A stretch of 64,000 nt of DNA from an uncultured bacterium (GTDB lineage: Bacteria; Zixibacteria; MSB-5A5; UBA10806), in NCBI GenBank assembly GCA_965541585.1, contig CBEUCH010000013.1:48692-112691 (forward strand), in the 5' to 3' direction. Made by a program: the position numbers and the translations under genes. How positions within the stretch are numbered: the first letter of the stretch is position 1; each line of letters begins with the position of its first letter. The notes beneath the pieces are model-generated. The model was not told the DNA's origin, made no database searches, and was given only the letters and a program-made list of their open reading frames with translations. Below are positions 38,095-47,627 of this stretch, one piece after another.

Positions 38095-40353
38095 TCAACA
38101 TCTTGAAAACCCGCAATCGGGACAGACGATGCATCCGGATTCGGTTTCGAGTCGACTGCTGCAATCGGGGCAGTTCAACGCCGAGAGGTCGGTCTGTGGC
38201 TTTAAGGCCTTGCCGTTGCCGAAATGTTTATGAAGCACTTTGGCGATGGCATCCGGCACCGAGCGTATAAGCCCGCCGGCGCCGTAAACGGGAGAATCGC
38301 CCCCTATACCGCGGAGTTGTTCGATTATCACCTCGACGTCGATACCGCTTCTCAGGGCCAGCGACATGAGACGGCAGATGGCCTCGGTGTCGGCCATGGT
38401 GTCGTACCCCGACTTGCCTATCTGAGCGAAGACCTCGAACGGCTTCCCGTTTAGCGTGTTAATAGTAATATAAAGGTTACCGAATCCCGTCTTTATCTTA
38501 TTTGTAATTCCCTGGAGTGTTTCAGGGCGTCCTTTTATGGCGGTGGCCTGCATTGACTCGCCGGATTTCTCGGTTTGCATTGTGGAAAGAACCTGAAAGG
38601 CCCTGGAGCCGTCGCGGTATATAGTGACACCTTTACATCCAAGCCCGTAGGCAAGCTCGTAGGTGGTCTTGACATCGTCCGTGGTGGCTTCCTTTGGAAG
38701 GTTGATGGTCTTGGAAACCGCGTTCTCGGTAAGCTTCTGGAAGGCCGCCTGGATCTTCACATGCCATTCGGGCGAAACATCGTGGGATGTGACAAATATG
38801 TCCCTGACGGACTTCGGTATCTCATCAAAATCAACTATAGAATTTTTCTCAGCGATCCGTTCCATCAGCATCTGCGAGAAAAATCCCATTTCTTTGGCCC
38901 GTGATTCAAACATCGGATTGAACTCGATCAAGCGGGTATTATCCATAACATTGCGGATAAAGCTGACGGCGAATATCGGCTCGATCCCGGAGGAGCAGCC
39001 GGCGATAATGGAGATGGTGCCGGTTGGCGCTATGGTCGTGACGGTTGAATTCCTTCGCGGCTTGCCCTCTTTCCCGAAGACAGATTTTTCCCAATTGGGA
39101 AAGGTGCCCCTCTTATCAGCGAGGTTCTGGCTTGCGAGATCAGCCTCGGTTTGAATAAACCCCATAATTTTATCCGCCAGTTCCAGCGCCTCGTTGGAGT
39201 CGTAACGTAGATCGAGCATAATCAAAAGATCTGCCCATCCCATGACACCGAGGCCTATTCTGCGGTTCTTTCTGGTGGCTTCGGCGATTTGCTTCAAGGG
39301 GTATTTATTCTGCTCGATAACGTTGTCGAGAAAGTGCACTCCTTTCCAGACGAGATCTTTAAGCTTGTCCCAATCGATTTCATTTCTGAACATTTTGGAA
39401 GTGTCCGAAGAATCGACGACGGCACGAACGATTTTCGAGAGGTTGATAGATCCCAGGTTACAGCTTTCATAAGGGAGTAGAGGCTGTTCGCCGCAGGGAT
39501 TGGTAGCCTCTACCAGCCCTGCATCGGTGGTTTTTTCGTATTTATTGATCTTATCGAGGAAGATGACTCCGGGTTCGCCGGTCTTATGGGCATGTGCGAC
39601 AATTGACTGGAATACCTCGCAGGCATCCAGGCTCAGGGGCTTGCCGTCAATAATATATTGCTCGCCGGTACGAGGATCGATAAGGGGATAAGATGTACGT
39701 TCTTTTACCGCCTTCATGAAAGTATCTGTCACGCCCACGGAGATGTTGAAATTGGTCAACTCCGAGAGGTCATCTTTGCATTTGATGAACTCCTTGATAT
39801 CGGGGTGATCGACTCTGAGAATCCCCATATTGGCGCCTCTGCGGGTCCCCCCCTGTTTGACAGCTTCTGTGGCGGCATTAATTACCCTCATGAAGCTTAT
39901 CGGCCCTGATGCCACGCCGGAAGTCGATGCTACGACTGAATTCTTTGGTCTCAGCCGTGAGAAAGCGAATCCGGTGCCGCCGCCGGATTTATGGATCAGC
40001 GCTGTGTCTTTTACCGCCTCGAAGATCGACTCCATGTTATCGTCGATAGGCAAAACGAAGCAGGCCGAGAGCTGGCCCAGCTTCCTGCCGGCGTTCATCA
40101 AGGTCGGGGAATTAGGCATGAACTCAAGCCTGGCCATCATTTCATAGAATCTGGTAGCCGTTTCATCGATCTCTTCCGTGGTGGCACCGAAGTTGGCATC
40201 GCCGGCTGCAATTACTGTTGCTACACGCATAAACAGCTCCTCCGGCGTCTCTACGACCTGCCCCTGGTCGTCCCTGATCAGATAACGCCTCCTTAATACG
40301 GCAAGCGAGTTTGCCGAAAGCTGGGGCTTTATCTGAGTCTGTTGTTTGTGCAC
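38095..40353 (-). CDS. nrdJ: Adenosylcobalamin-dependent (class II) ribonucleotide reductase
   Basis: PNSPTLMNAG, LSACFV, GGTRRGANM, ATNPCGEQPL, TIAPTGTIS, KGVTIYRDGSR. C-terminal TSCPD-like domain and CPDC..CPDC Zn ribbon. GTG start with SD GGAGGGAG. Confidence 0.95.
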   Translation of the reverse strand: MHKQQTQIKPQLSANSLAVLRRRYLIRDDQGQVVETPEELFMRVATVIAAGDANFGATTEEIDETATRFYEMMARLEFMPNSPTLMNAGRKLGQLSACFVLPIDDNMESIFEAVKDTALIHKSGGGTGFAFSRLRPKNSVVASTSGVASGPISFMRVINAATEAVKQGGTRRGANMGILRVDHPDIKEFIKCKDDLSELTNFNISVGVTDTFMKAVKERTSYPLIDPRTGEQYIIDGKPLSLDACEVFQSIVAHAHKTGEPGVIFLDKINKYEKTTDAGLVEATNPCGEQPLLPYESCNLGSINLSKIVRAVVDSSDTSKMFRNEIDWDKLKDLVWKGVHFLDNVIEQNKYPLKQIAEATRKNRRIGLGVMGWADLLIMLDLRYDSNEALELADKIMGFIQTEADLASQNLADKRGTFPNWEKSVFGKEGKPRRNSTVTTIAPTGTISIIAGCSSGIEPIFAVSFIRNVMDNTRLIEFNPMFESRAKEMGFFSQMLMERIAEKNSIVDFDEIPKSVRDIFVTSHDVSPEWHVKIQAAFQKLTENAVSKTINLPKEATTDDVKTTYELAYGLGCKGVTIYRDGSRAFQVLSTMQTEKSGESMQATAIKGRPETLQGITNKIKTGFGNLYITINTLNGKPFEVFAQIGKSGYDTMADTEAICRLMSLALRSGIDVEVIIEQLRGIGGDSPVYGAGGLIRSVPDAIAKVLHKHFGNGKALKPQTDLSALNCPDCSSRLETESGCIVCPDCGFSRC

Positions 40354-40388
40354 TTTATCTCCCTCCGATATTTCAAAAGAAAGCTATC

Positions 40389-41120
40389 TTAAGTATCGTA
40401 TTCAAATGTTGCCGACTTGGTTTCTTCGTCAATTTCGAAATCGCCGAAGACAATGGGCGCTTCCTTTTTCATGATCTTAAGCATCTCGATGGCTATCTCC
40501 CTGATCTCCCAGTGAGCCCGGGGATTGGTCCTCACACAGAAGAAATGGCGAAGCTCCCGGAAGTTTGCGGTAATGACTATCTCGGAGACCGTGGCATTGG
40601 GGAGCACATAGCGCGCATCCTCGGGCGCCACGCCGGCATCGAGGAGCTCTTCGTATAAATCATAGCAGTATGCGATCGCCTCCCTGTAGAGCTCTGCGGC
40701 GCTCTTGACTTTGCCGGGCAGTTTGGCTTGCGCAATCGTCGGGGGGGTCACTATCTCATAGTCTTTGGTCTTCTTGCGGTTCGGCTTATCGGCGTAGCAG
40801 ACGTATCTCTGGCTCTCCTGTGACGGTGATATGAAACGATGCCTGACCAATTCATGGGTGAATACTCTCGACCCGCCCCTGATCCTGAATGTTGCCGAGG
40901 CATGCTCCAGAACGGAGTGATGCCGTTTCTTTATGATCTTCAAGATCAACTCCTCGGTCGAATTCGGTGGATCGTATCGGTGGAATGAGAGGTAACAGGT
41001 TCGGCAGGCCCGCTCGATGACATCCTCGCCGTTCGGAGTTATGGCCATCAATTCTACCGAGCGTTTGGTTTCGACGGGCACGACAATACTCTCACTTTCT
41101 TTTTTCACCAATGAAGACAC
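40389..41120 (-). CDS. thyX: FAD-dependent thymidylate synthase
   Basis: HHSVLEHA, THELVRHRFISPSQESQRY, EDARYVLPNAT, AHWEIR. Start placed at GTG 41120 (SD GAGGG), but uncertain. Confidence 0.93.
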   Translation of the reverse strand: MSSLVKKESESIVVPVETKRSVELMAITPNGEDVIERACRTCYLSFHRYDPPNSTEELILKIIKKRHHSVLEHASATFRIRGGSRVFTHELVRHRFISPSQESQRYVCYADKPNRKKTKDYEIVTPPTIAQAKLPGKVKSAAELYREAIAYCYDLYEELLDAGVAPEDARYVLPNATVSEIVITANFRELRHFFCVRTNPRAHWEIREIAIEMLKIMKKEAPIVFGDFEIDEETKSATFEYDT

Positions 41121-41221
41121 ACTTATACCCTCAACCCCCAACTCCCTTTTTCAAATTTATGAAAATTACGGCTGAAAATACAGTCTTCGTTCTTTACTCA
41201 ATCATCTTTTCAGCGGATGCC

Positions 41222-41251
41222 ATTTTAACGACGGAGCCTTATATTTGTCAA
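41222..41251 (-). promoter_or_regulatory. Putative sigma70 promoter of the thyX-nrdJ operon
   Basis: Minus strand TTGACA (41251-46), 18 bp spacer, TAAAAT (41227-22). Confidence 0.55.
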
Positions 41252-41278
41252 GAAAAAAGCAAACATTTTTCAAAAAAA

Positions 41279-41326
41279 ATACAACATGTTGTGTCTCAAT
41301 GTCTTCCGGAATACCATATATCGTGG
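41279..41326. promoter_or_regulatory. Tandem NrdR boxes
   Basis: ATACAACATGTTGTGT (41279-94) and ATACCATATATCGTGG (41311-26) match the acaCwAtATaTwGtgt consensus. They are 32 bp apart and lie upstream of an RNR operon. Confidence 0.8.
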
Positions 41327-41412
41327 TTCGGAGCGGTTATTGTGGTCGAAATGATATTGACTTGGAACTCTTTTTTGTTAAATTATTGTTAGGAAATAAG
41401 AAAGGAGAACCA

Positions 41413-43884
41413 ATGAAAACAGCATTTTTAATTCCTGTAATGCTCATAGCGTTTTTGACTCTCTCAGCGTCGGCCGCGGATAGTTTTATAATCGTGGTGA
41501 GTAATCATTCCGACGCCGATCTTAGTATACTCCAGGCCTATTCCGGCAGGGCGTGGGGCAGGACAGCGGATAAAATCTATCTTTCCGGTGGACGGGAGGA
41601 GGCTGGCTGGCTCAAAGAACATCATATTGAATTTGAGCTAATCGAATACGACGATGATCTATCGTCGCTCTATATTTGGTACGATATGCCCCGACAAGGG
41701 TTGCCGAACGATATGGATATCCTCGACCGGGGCGAAGGTTATATATTGACGGCCCACCCGCCACCTGGAATGATCGAATATCGTCACCTGAGACTCAGAA
41801 GGCTGCCGTTTGTCCAGCGTGAGAGACGGGGAGATTTGCTTCTTGATTATGATCCGGCCGTGGATGCTCTTATCGGCGCAGTGAGCCAGGATACCGTCAT
41901 CGATTTCCTCAGCAGGCTTACGGGTGCAAGCCCGATTGAGATCAACGGTGGGCTGGATACGATTCATACCAGATACTCCGGCACGCCGGATAATGAACTG
42001 GCGGCGCAGTTTTTGAGAGAAACCCTCGAAGGGTACGGCTATGAGGCCGAATATCATGGATTCTATGGCGGCCAAATAAGGCATATAGCCTCTTACAGCG
42101 AGAACCTGGCCTGGTTGGTAACCGAAGATTCCGAGGTTTTGAAAACGTCAGATGGCGGCCAGAACTGGACGGTAGTACCCGACGGCACCAATAGCAGTCT
42201 CTGGGGAATCGCCAATTATGGACCGAATCATGTCTGGCTTACCGGTAACAACGGCACAATCAAATTTTCCGATAACGGCGGGGAGAGCTTCGTCTCACAG
42301 AATTCAGGAACCAACGCTTTTCTTTTCGGCGTCGTTTTCGGTGACGCGTCCCAGGGTTGGATTGCCGGGGATAACGGCATTGTACTTCGCACAACTAACG
42401 GCGGGCAGGATTGGGTAATGCAATCTACCCCTACTAATGCGCGTTTGTATGACGTTCATTTTGACCCTTCTTTAAACGGCTGGGCTTGCGGTAGAGACGG
42501 CGTTATCATTCATAGCACCGACGGCGGCGAAACATGGACGCTCCAGAATTCAAATACCAATCAAAGATTATACGGGATAGATTTCACAGCCGACACAGAC
42601 CACCATAACGGCTGGGTCGTCGGATGGGGCGGAGTAGTCAGACGGACTACCGATTACGGCGCGAACTGGCAGACTGTGGACCTGGGATCAAATGTCGAGA
42701 AATATAGCGTCGAATTCGCCGACCCTCAATTCGGATGTATAGCGGGTTGGAACGGCGAGATCTTTATCACCACCGACGGCGGCGAAAACTGGGAAGAGAT
42801 ATCGTCGGGAATCCAGGGTGATTTCTACGGTGTCACGTTCGACGACGACCAGATCGGATATGCGGGCGGAAACGGTGTCCTTGTAAAAACCACCGATGGC
42901 GGTCAGACCTGGTTCAATCAGACCATGAACATCGAGACCGCCTGGCTCAATATACTGGGGACGAAGACCGGCACCGTTTACCCCGATCAGCAGGTCGTGA
43001 TTTGCGCTCACATGGACAACCGCTCCGAGCAGCCGGAGACGAATGCGCCCGGCGCCGATGACAACGGTTCAGGGTCAACGGCCACTATCGAGGCGGCCAG
43101 GGTTTTTGCCGATTTCAATTTCGAAAGGACCATCAAGTTCTGCCTGTGGACAGGCGAAGAGCAGGGGCTTTTGGGTTCTGCCGCCTATGCCGAGGAGGCC
43201 TTCGCGCGGGGTGATGATATTGTTGGCGTTTATAATTTCGATATGATCGCCTGGGATGGCAACTCCGATAACGCGATCGATCTGCATTGCGGTACCAATA
43301 GCTCGTCCATAGAGCTTGGCAACGCCCTGGCGGAAGTCATCACCGACTACAATCTCGCACTTATTCCCCAGGTAATCACCTATGGCTCGTCGGGAGCCTC
43401 AGATCATGCATCCTTCTGGGATTACGGCTATCCGGCGATAATGGGGATCGAGGATTTCGGTGATTTCAATCCGTATTATCATAGCACCGGCGATAATATA
43501 AATCATATTATGGATGGTTATTTCACCGAATTCACAAGGGCCGCCATCGGGGCCGTAGCGACACTTGCCGTACCGGATACGGTTATGACATTCGTCGATG
43601 AAAGCGAGTCATTGCCGTTCGGATTTGCACTGCATGAGAATTATCCCAACCCTTTTAATGCCTCCACAACCATCTCATTCTCAGTCGCTAATGACACGGA
43701 GATCGATCTGGGGATATATGACATCCTGGGCCGGAGAGTGGCCACGCTGTATAACGGGCCGGTCGATGCCGGCACCCACAGGGTCAGGTTGAATGCCAGC
43801 GGTCTAACATCGGGTGTTTATTTCTACCGATTGGCCGCAGCGGACGGTAATGATGCGATCGGCAGGATGACGCTGCTGAAGTAA
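41413..43884 (+). CDS. Secreted M28 peptidase with inserted YCF48/BNR beta-propeller and C-terminal sorting domain
   Basis: Start MKTAF with SD AAAGGAG. Motifs AHMD, GADDNGSG, GEEQGLLGS, NFDMI, SDH, YYH. Repeated T.DGG..W Asp-boxes. NYPNPFN sorting domain. Confidence 0.9.
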   Translation: MKTAFLIPVMLIAFLTLSASAADSFIIVVSNHSDADLSILQAYSGRAWGRTADKIYLSGGREEAGWLKEHHIEFELIEYDDDLSSLYIWYDMPRQGLPNDMDILDRGEGYILTAHPPPGMIEYRHLRLRRLPFVQRERRGDLLLDYDPAVDALIGAVSQDTVIDFLSRLTGASPIEINGGLDTIHTRYSGTPDNELAAQFLRETLEGYGYEAEYHGFYGGQIRHIASYSENLAWLVTEDSEVLKTSDGGQNWTVVPDGTNSSLWGIANYGPNHVWLTGNNGTIKFSDNGGESFVSQNSGTNAFLFGVVFGDASQGWIAGDNGIVLRTTNGGQDWVMQSTPTNARLYDVHFDPSLNGWACGRDGVIIHSTDGGETWTLQNSNTNQRLYGIDFTADTDHHNGWVVGWGGVVRRTTDYGANWQTVDLGSNVEKYSVEFADPQFGCIAGWNGEIFITTDGGENWEEISSGIQGDFYGVTFDDDQIGYAGGNGVLVKTTDGGQTWFNQTMNIETAWLNILGTKTGTVYPDQQVVICAHMDNRSEQPETNAPGADDNGSGSTATIEAARVFADFNFERTIKFCLWTGEEQGLLGSAAYAEEAFARGDDIVGVYNFDMIAWDGNSDNAIDLHCGTNSSSIELGNALAEVITDYNLALIPQVITYGSSGASDHASFWDYGYPAIMGIEDFGDFNPYYHSTGDNINHIMDGYFTEFTRAAIGAVATLAVPDTVMTFVDESESLPFGFALHENYPNPFNASTTISFSVANDTEIDLGIYDILGRRVATLYNGPVDAGTHRVRLNASGLTSGVYFYRLAAADGNDAIGRMTLLK

Positions 43885-43913
43885 GCCAAAGAAAAAATAA
43901 TAGATTACTACTT

Positions 43914-44013
43914 GTAGGGGCGAATTGGATTCGCCCCTTTTTCTAATTCTGGATTCCCAATCAAGTTGGGAATGACAGAGGGGCGTTGCAGGGCGTATCG
44001 CAATAGCCCCTAC
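43914..44013. repeat. Composite REP element: inverted GTAG REPs flanking a GGATTCCC..GGGAATGAC palindrome
   Basis: GTAGGGGCGAATTGGATTCGCCCC (43914-37, followed by a T-run); GGATTCCCAATCAAGTTGGGAATGAC (43951-76); reverse GTAGGGGCTATTGCGATACGCCC (44013-43991). Confidence 0.7.
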
Positions 44014-44022
44014 ATAAGATCT

Positions 44023-45219
44023 CTACAACGTCATTCTGAATATAGTAATCACACCGTCCCTGTCTATGGGGCGGGGATTTAAGAGATGATCTTTATCGCG
44101 CATATACAACCTGACCGCATCATCGGCCATGACTTCGAATTTGGAGTCATCTATGCCCAGGTCGGTGAAAGTCAGAAGCCGCCCGATAGAAGCCAGCCAG
44201 CCTTTCATGGCGTCGATGCTGATCTTGGCCGCATGATCCTTATCTTCGGTATCGAATCGTAATCCGAATATGTTCGTCCCCATTTCGATATATTTCTCAG
44301 GCGCCGTCAGGACCGTGTAATCCATCAATGCCGGCAGGAGCAGCGCCAGGCCTCGGCCGTGGCTGATATCGTAGTGGGCGCTGACGACATGTTCCAAGGC
44401 GTGCAGGGGGTAGTATCCGCCCCTGCCGGAATTGACCAGCCCCGATAGAGCCACGGTCGAACTCCAGGAGAGTTGGGTTCTGGCCTCGATGTCGGAACCG
44501 TTTTTCACAGCGCGAGGAAGATATTTCATCACCGTCTTAATGACCGCCTCGGACAGGCGATCTTGCAGGTAGGCCTCGGTAGTCGATGTGAAATAGCTTT
44601 CTATAACATGCGTGATGATATCGACGCCGCCGTCGGCCGTGTAATCGGGGGGGCAGGTGGTTGTGAGCTCAGGGTCGATGATGGATGCAACGGGGAAGAG
44701 AGCAGGCCCCCAGATGCCCGTTTTTTCATGAGTCTCCCAGTTTGATATTATGCCTCCGGAATCGGCCTCGCTGCCGGTGGCTGCGATAGTCGGTATACAG
44801 ACGATGGGGAGGGCTTGTTCGATCTTGCGCTGTAGTTTGTCCGGGCTGCTGTAAACATAATCCCAGACGGAGTGACCCGTTTTAGCAGTAATGGCGATGC
44901 CCTTGGCGGCATCCATGGCCGAGCCGCCACCCAGGCCGATTATGAAATCACAGCCCTTATCGCGCGCCAGAGCGGCAGCCTTATCGCAGGTCGTGTGTCT
45001 CGGGTTAGGCTCGATCCCCTCGAATACGACCGAATCGATGTCCGTTTTTTTCAAATTCCCGGTGATCTTGTCCAACACGCCGAGTTTACGCATGGATGAT
45101 TTGCCGGTTACTACCAGCGCCTTTTTGCCGACCGGTTTTAAGTATTTCCCGATGCTGTTAATTTTGCCGGGGCCAAAATATAATTTGGTCGGAAGCTGGA
45201 AATCAAACGGTAGCATCAA
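44023..45219 (-). CDS. Iron-containing alcohol dehydrogenase (butanol dehydrogenase/YqhD-like)
   Basis: PTKLYFGPG, IEPNP, GLGGGSAMDAAK, PTIAATGSE, D..TH..E, HALEH, HGRGLA. Confidence 0.92.
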   Translation of the reverse strand: MMLPFDFQLPTKLYFGPGKINSIGKYLKPVGKKALVVTGKSSMRKLGVLDKITGNLKKTDIDSVVFEGIEPNPRHTTCDKAAALARDKGCDFIIGLGGGSAMDAAKGIAITAKTGHSVWDYVYSSPDKLQRKIEQALPIVCIPTIAATGSEADSGGIISNWETHEKTGIWGPALFPVASIIDPELTTTCPPDYTADGGVDIITHVIESYFTSTTEAYLQDRLSEAVIKTVMKYLPRAVKNGSDIEARTQLSWSSTVALSGLVNSGRGGYYPLHALEHVVSAHYDISHGRGLALLLPALMDYTVLTAPEKYIEMGTNIFGLRFDTEDKDHAAKISIDAMKGWLASIGRLLTFTDLGIDDSKFEVMADDAVRLYMRDKDHLLNPRPIDRDGVITIFRMTL

Positions 45220-45388
45220 ACCTCCCTTTATTGAATTCAGGAACTAAAAATCGATCTCGGCCATATAGCCGGTCAACTCATTATAGCGATCTTTGAATTT
45301 TTTGGCAATTCTTCAAATTAATAGCCGCGATCCAGAAGGACCGCGGCAATCAGTATCGCTGTCAAAATATAATCGCGCCCGAATTCGA

Positions 45389-46537
45389 TTACGGCTCCGG
45401 TGGACAATCCGCACAGCCTGTGAGCGGTTCGGGGCCTCTGTAGGCCGCTATCGACTTGACGACGTCGGTAAGCTCAAAGCTCACGCAGTTGCCGTCCACA
45501 TCGGCCGAAGGCTTATACTCGGGACGCTGCTCCGTGCAAAGGCAGACATAACCGGGTTGATCAAAGCCCCTGTAGTAGGCGATCATCTTGACAACGTCCG
45601 TAAGTTCACGAGCGGTGCCGTTTTCGTCGCTGTCACCGGCGATATAAGAACAGGGACCGGCGGGGAGGTTGACGGTTACGATGCCCTGCATCGAGAGGGG
45701 GTGGTAGGAGCATTCATAATCGTATACACCATCGGTATCGAATGTAAAATCGAAGAAGTCGCTGAGACCCATGTCTCCCGAATCCCAGCCGCCTCCCAAG
45801 GCAGTGGTGGTATGGATCATAGTAACCGTGTTGACCCACCTGACTGTCTGACCGACATCGATCTGGATTTCCGCGGGCTCGAAGAAGAAATTTCCCAATT
45901 CAACTATGACATCGGCGGGATCGCCAACAATTACGGTACCTCGCATGGTGACGGGATGATAGGTACAATCGTAATCATAAACACCCTCGGTGTCGAAAGT
46001 AAAATCGAAGAAGTCGTCGAGACCCATATCGCCGGAGTCCCATTCGCCTCCCGAGGCGGTTGTGGTATGGATCATGGTAACCGTGTTAACCCACCTGACC
46101 GTCTGTCCTACATTGATCTCTGTTAACAACGGATTGAAAAAGAAATTCCCCATATCGACCTGAACATCGAAGGTGGGCAGCAGATTTATGGTGAAATCAC
46201 CGGACTGGTCTTCATAATCGACCCCCGTATTGTCCATATAGATCCTGATGCGGCCCTGGGCCGTCTCGACCCCGGGAACCGTCCAGAGATAATTCAACTG
46301 GGCCGGGGGCAGATTCATTTCGATAACCTCCCAATTGGAGCCGCCATCCTGGGAAAAATACAGATCCCAATTCTGGAGGTCGTGCGGGATGACAATGTGC
46401 CACTGTATATCGACAACCTCGCCCTCTGTAAAGGTCTCACCTCCGAGCGGGGAGTCCAGTGCAACATGTGCTCCGGCAGAAGAACCGAGAGCGAGTGCGA
46501 CAAAAAACATCAGGACTGCAACCTTTGCACTTTTCAT
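45389..46537 (-). CDS. Secreted protein: Ig-like domain, two type-1 copper cupredoxin domains, Cys-rich dockerin variant
   Basis: Signal peptide (start MKSAK, SD GAAAGGA). SPLGGE..W Ig-like domain. Two copies of FF.P...I.VGQTVRWVN...HTTT...Y.C.YHP..M.G. Terminal dockerin module. Confidence 0.88.
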   Translation of the reverse strand: MKSAKVAVLMFFVALALGSSAGAHVALDSPLGGETFTEGEVVDIQWHIVIPHDLQNWDLYFSQDGGSNWEVIEMNLPPAQLNYLWTVPGVETAQGRIRIYMDNTGVDYEDQSGDFTINLLPTFDVQVDMGNFFFNPLLTEINVGQTVRWVNTVTMIHTTTASGGEWDSGDMGLDDFFDFTFDTEGVYDYDCTYHPVTMRGTVIVGDPADVIVELGNFFFEPAEIQIDVGQTVRWVNTVTMIHTTTALGGGWDSGDMGLSDFFDFTFDTDGVYDYECSYHPLSMQGIVTVNLPAGPCSYIAGDSDENGTARELTDVVKMIAYYRGFDQPGYVCLCTEQRPEYKPSADVDGNCVSFELTDVVKSIAAYRGPEPLTGCADCPPEP

Positions 46538-46835
46538 AAGATGTCCTTTCATAGTCTTTATTTTGATTCAACAAGCTTGCATCGAATTTAGTCGTCTTTC
46601 AGAAGATCTAACGCCTTTTCCCGCAGAAACCGGGGAGGCTGACTTTGGTGCGCAGAAGGATAAACCGTCCATATACAGTAATAAAACCGATTAGCAGCGT
46701 CAGTTGTTTCCGCTAATTTTCAGATTGCGTATGAACCCGCCTGTCAGGGTAGGATTGGCCCTGCGATGCGTAAATTATGTATGCTGGTTGTGCAAAATAT
46801 AGGGTGGTCTATATAAAATAGTGACTCAGGTAATC

Positions 46836-47588
46836 TTAGGTATTGCCTCGATTGAACAGAAACATAGCGATGCCTGCAGCCACCGCGGCGTTCAGCGATT
46901 CCACCTCTTTTGATATGGGTATTCTGACCTTGTAATGCGATGCTTTCAGAAACTGATCGCTCACTCCGGCAATCTCCGCTCCCACAATCAAAGCAGCCTT
47001 GCGGTTTATTCGAATCGAGTGCAGATCTGAATCTCCACCGGCAGACAATGCGTGGATGGCGTAATCTCGACGAAGCCTACCTAAGATGTTTCTTATACTT
47101 ATGCGCTGGGCGATGTCGATTGTGAACATGGCGCCCTGGGTTGCACGCACAACCTTGGGATTGAATATATCCACCGATCCGGCGGTAGTAATGAATGTGC
47201 CGAAACCGAAGGCCGCGGCCGTTCTGATTATGGTTCCCATATTGGCGGGGTCCTTCAGACCGTCGGCGATAAGAATTCTATCGTGCAACGAAATACTCTT
47301 CAGGTCGTTTTCGGGTAGCCTGGCTACGGCCAGGATGCTCTGAGGAGTCCTGGTAGTCGCGATTCTGTTTAAGTCTCTCTGGCCGATCCGCTCTATCCCG
47401 ATATCACGTGTACCGGAGATTAAACCGGAGTATCCCTCCGGGTCCGACGATATTACCGAATCCACCTTCCAATTGGATTTCAGCAGTTCCTCGACTGAGT
47501 GGGGGCCTTCCACCAGAAATAATTTGTGTAATCGCCTGTATTTGGCATGGGCGAGAGAGCGGAACATTTTTTTCTTATTCTCGTTCAT
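46836..47588 (-). CDS. TrmH/SpoU family RNA methyltransferase
   Basis: FLVEG, DPANMGTIIRTAAAFG, VVRATQGA, GAEIAGVS, VESLNAAVAAGI. Confidence 0.92.
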   Translation of the reverse strand: MNENKKKMFRSLAHAKYRRLHKLFLVEGPHSVEELLKSNWKVDSVISSDPEGYSGLISGTRDIGIERIGQRDLNRIATTRTPQSILAVARLPENDLKSISLHDRILIADGLKDPANMGTIIRTAAAFGFGTFITTAGSVDIFNPKVVRATQGAMFTIDIAQRISIRNILGRLRRDYAIHALSAGGDSDLHSIRINRKAALIVGAEIAGVSDQFLKASHYKVRIPISKEVESLNAAVAAGIAMFLFNRGNT

Positions 47589-47627
47589 TAGCTTGATTTG
47601 ATGTCAGCGGCAGGTTAGAATTGTATT

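Noticed and set aside
40354..41400. Cobalamin riboswitch upstream of nrdJ
   Set aside because: No B12-box motifs seen. NrdR boxes explain the regulation.
41245..41412. N-terminal extension of the M28 ORF from TTG 41245
   Set aside because: It overlaps the promoter and NrdR boxes. The SD and signal peptide point to ATG 41413.
45293..46126. 277-aa plus-strand ORF
   Set aside because: Antisense to the well-supported cupredoxin-dockerin gene, with no recognisable motifs.
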